NCBI RefSeq assembly: GCF_006345805.1
Contig: NC_043001.1
Location: forward strand, 118,978,001-119,042,000
Direction: 5' to 3'
Origin: Octopus sinensis
Lineage: Eukaryota
DNA: 64,000 bases
The notes under the pieces were generated by a model, which saw only the letters and a program-made list of their open reading frames with translations, did not search any database and was not told the DNA's origin. Position numbers and translations under genes: made by a program. Numbering within the stretch: the stretch's first letter is position 1; each line of letters starts with the position of its first letter. Positions 37,496 through 51,534 of the stretch are shown one piece after another.

Positions 37496-37605
37496 TATAC
37501 ACATATGTATATATACATATACATGCAACATACATATATATATATGTATACATACACACACACATATATATATATATATATATGTAAATGTGTGTATATA
37601 TATAT

Positions 37606-37658
<53 letters not shown>

Positions 37659-39934
37659 ATATATATATACACATACATACATATATATGCATATATGTGT
37701 GTGTATATATATCATATAAATTGGTATACGTGACTTAGAATTTTTGTCTGTCGTCGCCTAATTTATCTTAGGAAGCCACGACTGGCTACACTTTAAAAGG
37801 GCTGGCAGTTAATGTATTATAAAATCTAGACACTACACTTATAGTGAGTCATTGATTTTTTATATCTAAACCAATTACTTTAGACCATATATGCATACAC
37901 ACAGGCGCACATATGTCTATATATACTTGCAAGCACACATTTACACCCTCTCACATATATAGTCGGGTCGTCGGTGACTAAATCGATTAGCCAAACCAAA
38001 AAAAAAAAAAAAAAGAAAGAAATCGTGTGTGAAACCTTAGCTCAACCAATGTCTAGCCATAACGCATAGATACTGAAGATGGCGAAGAAGCACGCTGGAC
38101 AACCACTTTAACCATCAATGATTTTCTCCAAACATCTGTTTAGAAGATGTTTACTCTGATGTGAAAGATGACTATAGTTTAGTCTTTGGTTGTTTAATTT
38201 AATTTGGGACATGATATGAACAGTTATTTCATTTGAATAGCAAATGCAGTTCTTTGAACGCTGAATTGTCTCTAATTTCACTCAAAGGTACTTCTTAGAA
38301 CCACAGATCTTTCAAAATTGCAGAGACCAGGTACCTTGTATTTCAGTAGTTAACTCGCTCGTGAGCTCCATCAGTCCTGGTCACCTGCGTGGTTGATTTC
38401 TCTTCGGGAACTGCCTTCTAGGGAAAGATTTATACTCACGGCCTGATTTTTTCCGAGCCCCCACTCGCCAATTATTAAAACAAAATGCATATTTATTATT
38501 ATTGATTCGAATTTATTATTATTATCCTAAAAAATCATAGAATAACTAGCTAGACTTGACAAATTTAGAAGTCCATTACCTTATATTCTTGTGTGCAAAG
38601 TTTTGTACGATAAGGCTGAAATCGATAGAAGACTGCGGTTCAATTTGATGTCGAATCGAGTTCTCAAAACGAACTCGTGAAATAATTTTTTCTGTGCTGG
38701 TTGTTTACCAGTTTAAACGTTCTGTTGAAATTGCCATTGCGCACTAATTCTTGGTTAATTGAGACTCTTAATGACATGTTTTAGTTCTTTCAGTAGAGTG
38801 TTAAAGTGATCTCTCATTTTCTGCGAATTGTCGTTGTTGAGTTCAATGTATGAGCAGTAAAATCTCTCCACTGTAATACCTGACGAATGTCATGAGTATG
38901 CATCTGAAAGAGAAAATGTATTTAGTAGGATCCCTTCTGCTTTTGCTGTCAGATTGAGTTTCAGAACAACCCGCAGGACCAAATTGATGTCATTGAGATT
39001 TGAAGCAAATGAGTTTACCATATCAAACCTGGCTGACTCCTGGATAGCTGGCGAAGATGCAATAATTGACAGCCATTGTGAGCCAGAAGAATTTGCTACG
39101 TTTTTGGACTATAGGAACAAAATATTAAAGACATTTTCAGCAGCTCCTGAACACTTAACTGCTTCAGTACAGTACTTTGCTGAATCTATGTTACACAAAT
39201 GCAGATCTACGTGGTGGAAAATGATGGGAGGATTTTCATTACTTGATATTCTTTGTACTTTCCTGTATTTGGTGCTTCAATATTAATATCTGCAAATCTT
39301 CAAAGAGAATACTATTTTCAATGTTTCCTTTATCTGAACCTGTTTGTTACAAATGATATATATTTAGAATCGTAAAGTTTTTTTTTTAAATCTACATTTT
39401 GAAGGTAACATGATAAATATTTTCTATCTGACTTATACGGATTAAAGTGTTGCATCAACTATTATTGGATAGTTTTTCGTCTTCAAGAAGGTATATGTTT
39501 CAAAATGAGATCGGAATAAAGAGAAATAATCGTCTAACAAATAATGTACTTGTAACCTTTCGCGATTTTTTGACATGAATCTTAAGAAGGATAAGAAGGA
39601 TATCCTGTAGGATAAAAGTTCAGTCAGCCCAAGGAAGAAACTTTTGTGAACTTCGACAATTAATTGAGAGGTACTACGGAATGTTAATTCTATTCCACCT
39701 CAAAATAAAATAATTTCAATTAGACGGTTTAAAATATTAATCACACCAAATTCCTCTGCTGTGATTTGTTTGAATAGAAAATGTTCCCTGGAGTCTGATT
39801 GAATGTCTTAACTCTCTCCATGATATATAATTCAATTTATGTTGGTTTCTATATTCATACTATACATGCTATCGCATAATTTTCATCCCTTTTTCAATGG
39901 CAAACTATTCTGAGTTTAAATGTCACTGGGGTCA

Positions 39935-40060
39935 TCTTTACCTTTCACCCTTCAAAAGTCGATAAAATGAAATACCAGTTGAGTACTGAAGTAAATGGTC
40001 TTGACTAACTCCTCATCCTTCAAAATTTCTGACCTGTGCCTATATCAGAAACCATTGTTA
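39935..40060 (+). mobile_element. SINE 3' fragment
   Basis: ggtcatctttacctttcacccttcaaaagtcgataaaatgaaataccagttgagtactg...tgtgcctatatcagaaacc. Confidence 0.6.
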
Positions 40061-40674
40061 TTACTCAAAAGATATCACATACTGATTTAAATTATATATG
40101 CATACACGTATATATATATCTATGTTCAACACAGTGTGTATGAGAGAATCATGATAAAAAAAAGTCAATTGCAGTTTTGAAATATTCGCTGGAAAACGCC
40201 AAATAGGGATAAATATACCGTGTCATTTTTCTTCTCAAGTGCAAAAAAACCCCCCAGAAAACAAGAGGTTGTCCTGATACGTTTTGCGCTATGATAACAT
40301 TCGTCAAGGATCAAGTATTCTTTCATCACGTCTTTTGAATAGCGATTACTATTTAAATCAAACACAAACAGGAATTATATGTGGTGTGTAGATTAATTAT
40401 ATCACAAATATTTATGCATATTCCACTTCGTGAACGGAAAGATAAGGAAGATCACATTTATGAATTAGCATGTTCAAAGTTTCGTAACGAAGATTTTATA
40501 ACTTACTTTATCTTAGGTTTCTGTTACGCAGTGTGTTACACATAGCTATTCATTACTTAATCAAATTTCGATTAAATACGCGGCATGCTAATTAGTCTGC
40601 TCATTACAGCGAGGTTCTGGCTGGCTTGTGTTTCATTAAATTTAACTTGTTTCATATATACATACATACCCACC

Positions 40675-40711
<37 letters not shown>

Positions 40712-40977
40712 GTATATACTTCCATACATATATGTATGTACGTATACATATATGAATATAAATATATATATACATGCATAACTATATATCTATTTATTCA
40801 TATATGTGTGTGTGAGTGACGGGGAGGGTCAGTAAAAAACACGCGTGTTTCTTATTGGGAAAACGATCCCACAAAATACAAAGAACATCTGTTTCAATAC
40901 ATGAAATTATACCCTACAAAACAAGTACAAAACCCTCTCTCTCTTTCTCTGCGCGCGCGTGTATATATATATATATA

Positions 40978-41556
40978 TATTAATAGTTATCGCCAAGCTA
41001 ACATGGCAGTCCAGAAAAATAGGACGAATGCTGCCGTTGATTAGCTCCAAGAGGCCATCGCCTCTAGCTAGCTATGTGACACACGAACCTGTGTCCATTA
41101 TAACCTTTGAACAGGGAAGGTTAGCCGCTTCGCCTTGCCGATCTGGCATCTACAGACTAGTTTCTGGGTATTTGCCCCTTATTAATGTATAGCAGCAGAA
41201 CCAGGCAGGTGTCGCTACTGACCATCTGTTCGACGGATTATTTACCTCAATTCAGTGGAATACATCCGCTGGTTTTCAAACAATTTAGGTAAATAATCCT
41301 TCGAACAGATGGTCAGTAGCGACACCTGCCTGGTTCTGCTGCTATACATTGATAAGGGGCAAATACCCAGAAACTAGTCTGTAGATGCCAGATCGGCAAG
41401 GCGAAGCGGCTAACCTTCCCTGTTCAAAGGTTATGATGGACACAGGTTCGTGTGTCACATAGCTAGCTAGAGGCGATGGCCTCTTGGAGCTAATCATCGG
41501 CAGCATTCGTCCTATTTTTCTGGACTGCCATGTTAGCTTGTCGATGACTATTAATA
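40978..41556. mobile_element. Foldback/MITE element: 270-bp near-identical inverted arms, ~39-bp spacer
   Basis: 40978-41247 matches the reverse complement of 41287-41556 with only a handful of mismatches. No ORF of note. Confidence 0.9.
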
Positions 41557-41671
41557 TCCAGTACCGCTGCCGTAGTCTCCTTTAGATAGGCTTAGAAATA
41601 TTAATATATATATATATATATCTATATATATATATAATATATATATATATATAGATATATATATATATATA

Positions 41672-41740
<69 letters not shown>

Positions 41741-42315
41741 ACATACATACGCACATGTGAGTATGTGTGTGTGTCTGTGTGTGTGCGTGAGATAGGGTGT
41801 AGTGAATAGTCTGCTTCTTTAACAATGCGGTATACACGAGTTAGCACTTCTGTTTGCTAGCTCAATACGCATGCTCATGTTTTTACGGTGTGTAGATGGA
41901 ACTACTGAATAAATAGAAAGAGGCATAGGTAGATAAGCCATGAGGTATATCAAATGAATAAAACAAGTTTGTTTAAAAGTGAAATCGAAGAAGCAAAGCA
42001 AGAGTCAGCTTCCTTCGCTCTGCCTTTCATCAGATACTCTGTCAGTCTATGACATGCTTGTCATGCTTATTTCTTCTCACTCTCCCAGAATTCAACGCTG
42101 TTGTTGGTATTGCTGTTTAGTCCAGACTGAGAATTCCGGCCGTGACTATCCTGTCTCTTTCTACTCGAAGTACTTACTGTGTCTTTCTTTTGGACATGTG
42201 GTTACTATTTCTAACGGAAGACTGTCCATGTAGAGGCTACCAAGTTGGTTAGTAGTTTGGGTTTTGTATATAATTTTCATAGGATTTAGTGTATCGTATA
42301 TGTAGCTATCTGTGA

Positions 42316-42372
<57 letters not shown>

Positions 42373-43559
42373 CTCACACACACACACATTTGTATGCATA
42401 TGCAGATATGCAAACATATAGAAACATATCCTAGCTATTTGTCTATCTCGTCGATTTACTATATACACAAACCCACACATATACACACATACACACGCTC
42501 GCACGCGCACACGCAAACGCACACACGTCCAGTTTTTGTTGTATATCAAGTGAGTATGGCTCTATAGTCAGTTGTCCGCGCTACACAATATATTATAGTA
42601 GGTATGTTATCGTGTATACTATTTATTCTGCCTTCTCTCTCCTTGTTCCAGTCATGCGGTGAAGCTGCAGCCTCTATGAATATATAAATTCCTAGACAGT
42701 GAACAGGTGTGGTTACATTATGTCAGGTATATCTTTTTGTAGTTTGTTTCTACAGCGGAGTTATAATCCTGGGTCACGTATAAAGCAAAGTTGGACGCCT
42801 GCCATCTGGAGTATTGCCAGAGGTTTACAATGCGGCAGGTGGAATGTCTACCTTGCATTCTAATGGAAATTAGTGACTGACATGAGTGACAATGAACTGA
42901 CGTATATTCCGACCGTTTGAGAAGTGCATACCGGAGGACTTTAGGGTCCGGGGATTATGGGCAGCTTGGTCTTGTTCTTTTTTCAAATGGAGGAAGCATT
43001 ACAGATGCGGTGTGAATATTAAACCAGTATTTCTTGACTAGGAGCGCTACAATTAATTTCAGGGATACTGAGAATATAGCTAAAACAAATTCAAAATAAA
43101 ATTCATCTGTCTTTGAATAAAAACCGAGAAAGATTTTAGATAGAGAGCGGCCGATACAATTCGTTATGAAAGGTACTATTAGATTAACTGGTCTAACAAA
43201 AATGGTTTGAATACACTGCACTAAAGGCACGGCTATGTCTTGGTCTATCCGAAATGCATACATAACGACGTAACAGTTTCTATAATCTTGTACAGTGTTC
43301 GAACATGGCTGCCTCGAGTATTTACATATCCAACTATCGTGGCGTATACGACAGATTTGGCTTTTGGCTAAGTTTATTGACAACATCGTTTCATCACATT
43401 AGGAGGTTTTCGTATGGTGACTATGGAGAAAAGACATATCAAAGTTATGAAGTGTATGATGAAAAGATTGAGAGCACGAAACATTGTGCTTCTTTCTCCG
43501 GCAAGTCATCATCAACTTCTTCCATTACTACATGAAGGGGAAGGCGAGAGCAGTGTAGA

Positions 43560-46495
43560 AGTGCTGCTCTCCCGTACATTTTATGAACAATAGGTGAGAA
43601 TACCGAATTTAGTGTGCCTCAATGGGCCTACGCTAAATCAGCGTTTATCGATTAGATGCCAAAATTTGATGCATATGAATTCTTAGAAAAAGCTTTTCTC
43701 GAAATTTTTCAGGTTTATTTGAAATCTAGAAAGATCAACGCCCAGTAGACTTTGCAGGGCCTGCAGACTGTGAGGAGGTAAGATGGGAAGAAGGAACTAC
43801 GTTTCAGGAATTTTGGCCAGAATGATTTCAGTGAATTCCGTTAAAGGCACACGCACAACATGGCTGAGCTAAACAAAAATGACAGCATGGGATTATCATG
43901 GAAAAGTTTCAGACTGATTCGCTGAACGATCTGAAGGACCATAATAGTTCATTTACTAATTGGTATGCTAATTGATAGATATTGCTTAACATCTAGGAAT
44001 GGTAGAAGAATAGCCCTAAACCCTTCACCCAACGTGACTAAGAATATACTGCACGATCACATAGCGCTGCATCGGAGTTAAAACACGCCGGGTGGAAAAT
44101 GCTTCTAAAAGCCAAATCCAAGATGCCTTGGGCGCGTGTGGAAACAGAAGACCCACGTCACCTGAGGAAAGAAGTTTGGGACTATTGACATTAGATTTGG
44201 AGCTGAAGAAGAAACCAGGTGTCATTCCGCGGCGACTTTGAGGTATGTAAACTTCTCAATCCTCAGCTATTGCAGCCAACGCCTTGCTAAAGTTACAGTG
44301 TTGAATGTGCCGTCAGAAATATCAATCACATAGTTAATGGCGGCCGTCTTGGCAGGTATAGAAGAAGGCAATGTGGCAATCCTGGAGGTGAAGAAAATTC
44401 CTAAACGAAACTGGTCAGGTATAGGTATGGACCTAACCTTACAGTGTAAGCAAGCTTATATCGACCAGTTGCCCGATCTAATCTATCTCCCGGATGGTAC
44501 TCACCCGTCAGTGTTAGTCGAGGGTAGAAAGCCAAGATGCCACATATGTGGATCTGTGACTTACTTCAAGGCTTTCTGCCCTGAAACAAGAAAAACTAAA
44601 CTTCCACTGCTGCAAACACCACAAACGCAAAATCATGAAAAACTGCTCAAGACTCCCACACCCACACCCACACCCACACCCACACCCACACCCAAACCAA
44701 GACAAAGAAGTCTACCCCCGGGCTGCCACGGGAAAGCAAGCTTTTTCTGAAAGCTCTGCCTTCCGAACCAACATCAACAGCAATGACATGGAGAAAGAAG
44801 AGCTGACCGAACAATGGATCACTCTGACAAAAGAAGTAAGCGAAAGAGGAGGAGAGTACATAGCCCTACTCCAAGAACTCCGCAGAAAGACACCCAAGAA
44901 ACACAACTGCAACCCAATTGACAGCCATTCCAACAAAAACAAGAACAACTTCAACAACAGCAACATCATCAACAACAGCATGAAATCACAGAAACACAGA
45001 AACAACCAATTATGGTACTTCAAAAACAAGAATATTCTTCAGTGAAATGTATCCATCAATTTCACTGTCGTGAACAACTACAACAATGAATTGATGGATT
45101 TTGTAAATCAAAACAGAAACAAAATAGAGACAGAGGGAAAGGTATCTGAGAATTTCATCTTCAAAAAAACTCCGAAGGATAGGTTATTGATTAAACCGTC
45201 GTCAGAGGTTTATAAAACAATCCGAGAAAAATTCCCATGTAGTGTGGGGATTTAAAAAAATCAGTTGATAAAAGGCTTTTGGAAGGGCCTTTTAAAAACT
45301 TTTCGCCAGTAGAGAGGCCCGGAACTTCTTTTCTTTCTCCGATTAGCATGACTGTGCTGAGAGTGGAGTGTCTGAATTTGCGTGGCCTGGGATCAGCTTG
45401 GAAGCAAGGTCGCATGTTCGACGATGCCAGGTGGTTTGATTTAGATGTGGCTGGCATTAGTAAAACAAGGATCTCTGGAAAGCACGCTCTAGCATCTGTT
45501 GTCGAGGACTACGAGATATTCTCATCTTGAGGCGGTTTATGCCCCAACAGGGGCCGAAAGGCCAGATTTCTTCAGGTGTCTAGAAACATCCCCGGGAAAG
45601 TTTTTCACTTTAGTACAAGTGGGGGACTGGAATAGTATTTTGGATGCACCAAGGATTGTGTGGGTTTAGTAAGTAGCAGAAGCGGGTGTAGAAGCTTCGA
45701 AAACCTGCTCAGGACTTTACAGCTTTCTAATAGGTATCAATTGAATTTTCCTGATGTGCCAGTGTGGACGTGGGTTATCCAGATCGTATTTAGATAGATT
45801 ATTTGTTAGGTTAGAGGATAGGGATTGCAGAGGCTGTCCACAATTTAAATTAATCTGCTACACAGATCACAAATTTGTTATATGTGGAATCGATTTAAAT
45901 AGGAACTGTAGACAGGGACCTGATCAATGGAAGTTGAGTGCGTTCTAACCGGCACGCACAAGCTACAGAGATCGGATTAGCGAATTAGTTAAGCTGCAGT
46001 TGACGGGGACAATCATCAACAACTAGTGGTAGAGGCCCTGAAGAGAGCAATTAGAGTAGAATCGATGGCGTTTAGCAAAGATTTAGCAATAGAAAGAAAT
46101 AGATTGGAGGGAGAACTAGTTAGTAAACTAGAAGAGGCTATTAGTAAAGGCATCGCGGCCTATTACTATTGGACGGCCTATTGCGGTTGTCGGTAACGGA
46201 CATGAGATTCTGTGATAAGCCGATTATGGCCCCTGAAATACGGGAGGCGGTGAACGATGATTGCACAAGCCGCAAATCGCCCTGTTTGGATCCTTTGCCC
46301 TGTGAATTCTATGCATTCATATCAGAAAAGGTTGGTGCTTGTCGGTAGTCAGGTCGGGTAAGTGCAAAAGTGCGCAATCCCAAACAGGTCCATCCACGAC
46401 AACCTCCACTTTATGCGATAGATTGTAGAGAGGATTGGGACTAAAGCTGGCTCCGGTGGGGCTTTAGAGTCTGGTTGGTTTCAATTTTTCGGTGA
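43560..46495 (+). mobile_element. Degenerate Tx1/L1-clade LINE: ORF1 with zinc knuckle, ORF2 APE and RT fragments
   Basis: ORF1 has PSVLVEGRKPRCHICGSVTYFKAFCP (CCHC-like) and PT repeats. ORF2 starts at ~45348 with LRVECLNLRGL...DVAGIS, then VGDWNSILD, YLDRLFV, YTDHK and AIPNRSIHDNLHFMR (~46370). The left boundary is approximate. Confidence 0.8.
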
Positions 46496-46499
46496 CCTT

Positions 46500-46697
46500 T
46501 TCTGGTATGTGCCTATACCATCTTTTTTCTGTTGTTTTCATAGTGTTGACACAGCTTCCAGTGTATATAGACCCCAACTCTGTCGTTTCTGTGAACATAT
46601 TCCTCTTTAGCCAGGACTGGGCAATCAGAGACAATATGATTTATTGTTTCTTGTCCATCTCCACATATTCTGCAGCTACTTGTATGTCTTTTCATTG
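46500..46697 (-). mobile_element. R4/Dong-like LINE internal fragment
   Basis: CRICGDGQETINHIVSDCPVLAKEEYVHRNDRVGVYIHWKLC (CCHC preceding the RLE domain). Confidence 0.85.
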
Positions 46698-46699
46698 CA

Positions 46700-46769
46700 T
46701 CTTCTTCTTCTTCTTCTTCTTCTTCTTCTTCTTCTTCTTCTTCTTCTTCTTCTTCTTCTTCTTCTTCTT

Positions 46770-46800
<31 letters not shown>

Positions 46801-46817
46801 TTATTATTATTATTATT

Positions 46818-46891
<74 letters not shown>

Positions 46892-46899
46892 CATCATCA

Positions 46900-46957
<58 letters not shown>

Positions 46958-46982
46958 CATTATTATTATTATTATTATTAAA
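46700..46982. repeat. Compound trinucleotide microsatellite (CTT)n(ATT)n(ATC)n(ATT)n
   Basis: Read directly. Confidence 0.95.
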
Positions 46983-48479
46983 GACAAAATGCCGTGGAAA
47001 TTTCGAATTTCAACTCTCCACTTAATGAAAAGGTATTTTTTCCTAGTTTATTATTTTACCAATCGAAGGGTTTGGATTACTTGACTAGTCAACTCTTTTA
47101 TTTTGCGATGGAAAGAATTAGTTCATCTATGGACATCTGATATTTGTAGATATTCGTTTACTAGTTTTTTAACAAGATTTCGTTGGGGGTTGTAGTGTGA
47201 TTAACAAACCACAATCAAGTTAGTAGTGTTCATGCTCTGAAGAAAAGTGCATGGAAACAATAATACGGAATTTAAACACTCATACAAACAAACAAACATA
47301 GATTTGCAGCTTAAAAATTATACAGAAAAAATGACAAGCCCACGAATGTACATTTTTGTAAACCCAGTCCCTTGATCTATAACACATATAAATAACAAAC
47401 CAGATCCTTAACAATAGTTTTGCTATTGTTCCGAGCCAGAAGGACATGTATCAGCTTTAGCAAAGGAAATAAATTTAGGAGAGATATATCAAAAAATATT
47501 TTGTTTCCTTACTCAAGGATTTCATTGAAGAAAGTGCAAGGGTAGTGAGGGAGGAAAATGACATGAAAAATGGATTTAGGTTCGATATGTCTCCAAATCT
47601 GTAGTTGAAAGAAGCTGCCGCCGATCGAAGTGGGTTCCACCAACGAGGGGCAGTATGTGTGGGAATGTGCCTGGTCCTTAAACTGAAGGCGGGGTGAGAA
47701 GAGATGTCGGGGTGATGCACCAGACATTTTCTCGCAGGCTGTTTCCGCAGTAAATGGGATGGTCAATATAAACACCAATTGGTGTTTATATTGACCGCTT
47801 CATTTGTCGCACCGTTTATGGCGCAGTACTAGCAGCTGGTGAGCCCAGGGGTAACAAGAAGCAATATGAGGTAGAGTGGGTTCTGTGCGAACACGCAAGT
47901 GAAAATGAGCCATGAAGATCACAAAGCTGTTCCAGAGCTGTATTTTATTGTGAGGACGAGAAGAAAAGCAATTGCACTGATGGCACATTATAGAAATCTC
48001 AGTTGTTATACAAGTTGCTGTAAGATCCATCTGTGTGCTTAGAGGAGATAGGGAAACAAAAAAACCTGTAAAGTGAAACAATTGCTATTTCTAGAATACC
48101 ACTAGTTGCAGCTTCAACAGTAGTAGAAAAAAGGGTTTCGGCCTTAGTAAAAGGAGCTGAGGACTAGAAAACCAAGAACCTCCTCTCGGCAGTATCATCC
48201 CATTTTCTTGCGAATATGAGGAGACGATGACTCACGAAATAAAATAGTAAATTGTTGGGAAAGTAACATAAGGCAGCCAACTCTTACTTAAATTACAAAC
48301 TACCATCTTAAAGTGAGAGAGACACAGAGGATTTTGTGATGTTAGATATATGTCTGACAAAATATAAACTGATGCTCGAGCCGGGATGCTTTTGATCCTG
48401 TTTTCTCTAATCGTTTCGAACAAAAACAAGATGCAAAGAAATGAAGTTTCTATTTGATGAAAGCATTGTGATAAATATA

Positions 48480-48900
48480 TCTCTGAGTAGTTGTGGCGAA
48501 TGAAAACGATGTTATTCACTGGGATATATAAATAACATATATTCAAGGAGAGAAGAGCAAACCGTTCTGGTAAGACTATGAAAGACATGATATGTAGGTC
48601 GTGTACGCTTATTGATGTAGCTTGTCCGGCAGACAATAACATATCAATAAACGAGGCTAAAACTAAATATATAGACATGGAGATAACAATATCGCTGATG
48701 TGGAATACAGACACAACAGTCCTTAAAGTTATAAGAGAGTTTGATGCAGTGAAGCGGAACGCAGATCAGAAAATCGAAGAACTGCCGAGTAAAACTCTCC
48801 ATGTGTGAAGTTCAGAAGCTATCGCTCATAATAAGCGTCCATATTCTATGTAAAATACTATCAATAGAATTACAACAAAACTGCTCTGAGAGCCGCAGAA
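48480..48900 (+). mobile_element. R4/Dong-like LINE RLE-domain remnant
   Basis: SCTLIDVACPADNNISINEAKTKYIDMEITISLMWN (PD-(D/E)xK-type RLE region), preceded by DVIHWDI. Confidence 0.7.
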
Positions 48901-49149
48901 ACATTGTAGTAGAATACGAGTGCAGTGAATAGGAGTGGATTATATAAAACAAGAGCGATAACAATAAAGAAGATATGGTGTTTCCGAAAAACGATGAGAT
49001 AGTCATAACTAGAACGCCTTCGAATGAGGATAATTTGGGTTACAATGACAATAAAATCGCAAAGAATGGACTGTGACAATGAAAGTTACCCTTATTGCTG
49101 TGTTGCCAATTCCATGTGACAAAAAAAAAAGGACTTCCATGTATCCCGC

Positions 49150-50470
49150 CAATCTTGTCTAATCTGTAGCTTTTTTTGTAGCACTTGATCATTCTCTTCC
49201 TTTTCTGTCTGCATTATTCTCAGCGGTCTTGGTTCATCTCTTTTTCTGGTACCTTAGGTTATTCATTTTATTGCATGAGGGATTTGCCGGATTCAGGCCC
49301 ATGTCAATTTCTCTCCATTATTTGTTCTTCTATATATGGTACTTCCGTTATGTTTTAAACCACTTAATTTCTCTCAAAAGCATGTCATTTAATCTCCAAG
49401 ACTTTTCGAACTACTTTATTTTCAAAGATTCTAAACCCATTATCTAAAGTTTGATTGTCCTGGCATAACTACTCTTGACTTATCCTCTTAGATATTTCAT
49501 TAAATTCAGTTTCTGAAAACCCATTTTTTTCTATAAATGTTTCATATTTAAGCCTGTTCGGTTCTTCTAGTGTATGCTCCTTTAATAATGCGGTTCTATC
49601 TACTTGTTGGGTCTTCATAATTTTAGTTTTATTGACGTTTATCTCTCAGCCTCCAACTCTGCCTATTTTAGCAAGTTTGTTTGATGTTCCATTCTCAGTA
49701 AAACAATGTTGAAATCGATTTGTAATGCGTGAAGCTATAGATGAGTGCAAAGGAAGTATACCAGAAAGCAGTAAAACATGCTCGGGGTTAAAGAATGATG
49801 AAAAAAAAAAAAAAAGACTGGAAATTAATTTCAGACGAAGCATAAGAAGTTATTAACGCACGGAAGGCACAAAAATGATGTGTTGAAAGTTTGGGAGAAA
49901 ATAAGATGGAAATAGGTAAATATTGGAGTTTAAACAAGGTGTTTAAGGACAGATAAAAGAAGATACCGAAAGTAATAACTGATGATGCAGATAAATTACA
50001 TAAAATAGAGAAAGAGGAGAGGAAAAGAAAAGCTCATAAAATGAATGAGATCAAAGGCAGAGTAAAGAGATTAAAACGAGTACCTACGTTTAGTAATGAA
50101 GAATAACTAATAACTTCTGATATAAACATCCAAGAATGACGGGTTAAAGTTATAAAAAAAAAGCATTCAGTGGGAGAAATAGTCTGGTAATTGCTGAGAG
50201 GCGAGAGAAGATTGAAGTGGCTATATATGAAATATATTTTGAATATTTAGCAAGGACTCTTGAGTAATTAAAAAAGGGAATGGTTTCTCGCTTAGATGAA
50301 AATGTAAGGGTATTCATAAAAGTAAATAAACACTATAACAAAACCACGAAGACTAGAAGGTCGATGTACTGACTAGGATCCTCAAAGAGAAAGGATCTCA
50401 GTAAATATGTTAAATGGAAAGGAGTAACAATGAGCAGCATGATGTTGGAAGTGTTCAGTTTAGGTTCAGC
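49150..50470. mobile_element. Heavily decayed RTE-like LINE pieces in opposite orientations
   Basis: Minus 49850-49150 reads EINVNKTKIMK (RT C-terminal part). Plus 49850-50470 ends KDLSKYVKWKGVTMSS (resembles KGDLSKCENWRGITLLS, RT N-terminal part). Confidence 0.5.
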
Positions 50471-51422
50471 TGGGTTTAAACACAACAACAATACTCAAAG
50501 CTTTTGTGAATTTACTGTGCGCTGCCTATCTCGAACCTTCCACGTTTTACCAACAACTCTTTCCGTCTTCCATAACATCCCCACCACATTCCATCGTCTC
50601 CAATATTGTATCACTTCATCCACACTACGTACAAAGCATCCCTACCTAATCTTTTCCTCTCGATATCTTTCAACATCTGTAACTCCCTTTTTGACCATTT
50701 CTGTCTCGCCTTCAGCCAGATGAGCTCCTCTGTGGCTAAGAAATTTGTTTCAAAACAATTACTTCGCGAAACTTTGTGTAAGCGTCATTTACAAATTTCA
50801 TTCACAACTCGTTGGTTCCAAGTTGGGCAAATAATTGTGAATAAAATTTAATTGATGGAAACTGTGTGGGACTTGTCAAAGGAAATGTGCCCATTCTAGG
50901 GTAAACAGACATAATCCACTTCATGGTTTAACATTCCCATCTCGATCATGGGAGTCTTTTACGCAGTCATTCTATGTAGCAGGTTTGAGAATAACCGCCC
51001 CCTCTTCTTTCTACAAGTCTCTGATGCTCTGGAAACTGTCATGGGATCTGTCATGGGAGGCGATTAAGAAAAACTTTCAAAATGTTCAAAAGAATATTAG
51101 CCGCATTGAGCTCATCCACTCATCTATTAAATCCCACTTACGAGGAACTGCTAAGGGATTTGCAGGTATTGATCGTTTAATCCAAACTTAAGACGAAGAA
51201 AAAGGTAAAAAGAAAAAGTATATATACAGTGTAGAAACATATATGCATATACGAACATACATACATATATGTATGTATATATGTATATGTATGTGTGTGT
51301 GTGTATGTGGTGCGTGTTTGTGTGTGTGTCTATATATATATATAAAGTTAATCCAAACAAGAAAAAAAAACACAAGGCAAGGACGTGGAACAAATAAAGT
51401 ATTATTGGACGCTCAGGAAAGA

Positions 51423-51534
<112 letters not shown>

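Noticed and set aside
38040-38115. CCAAT box plus AAGATGGCG (YY1/Kozak-like) start
   Set aside because: The frame closes after 10 codons with no splice donor, which is insufficient to call a promoter or gene.
42955-43386. 143-aa minus-strand ORF
   Set aside because: No recognisable motifs; it lies next to a decayed Tx1 element and is probably a chance or antisense ORF.
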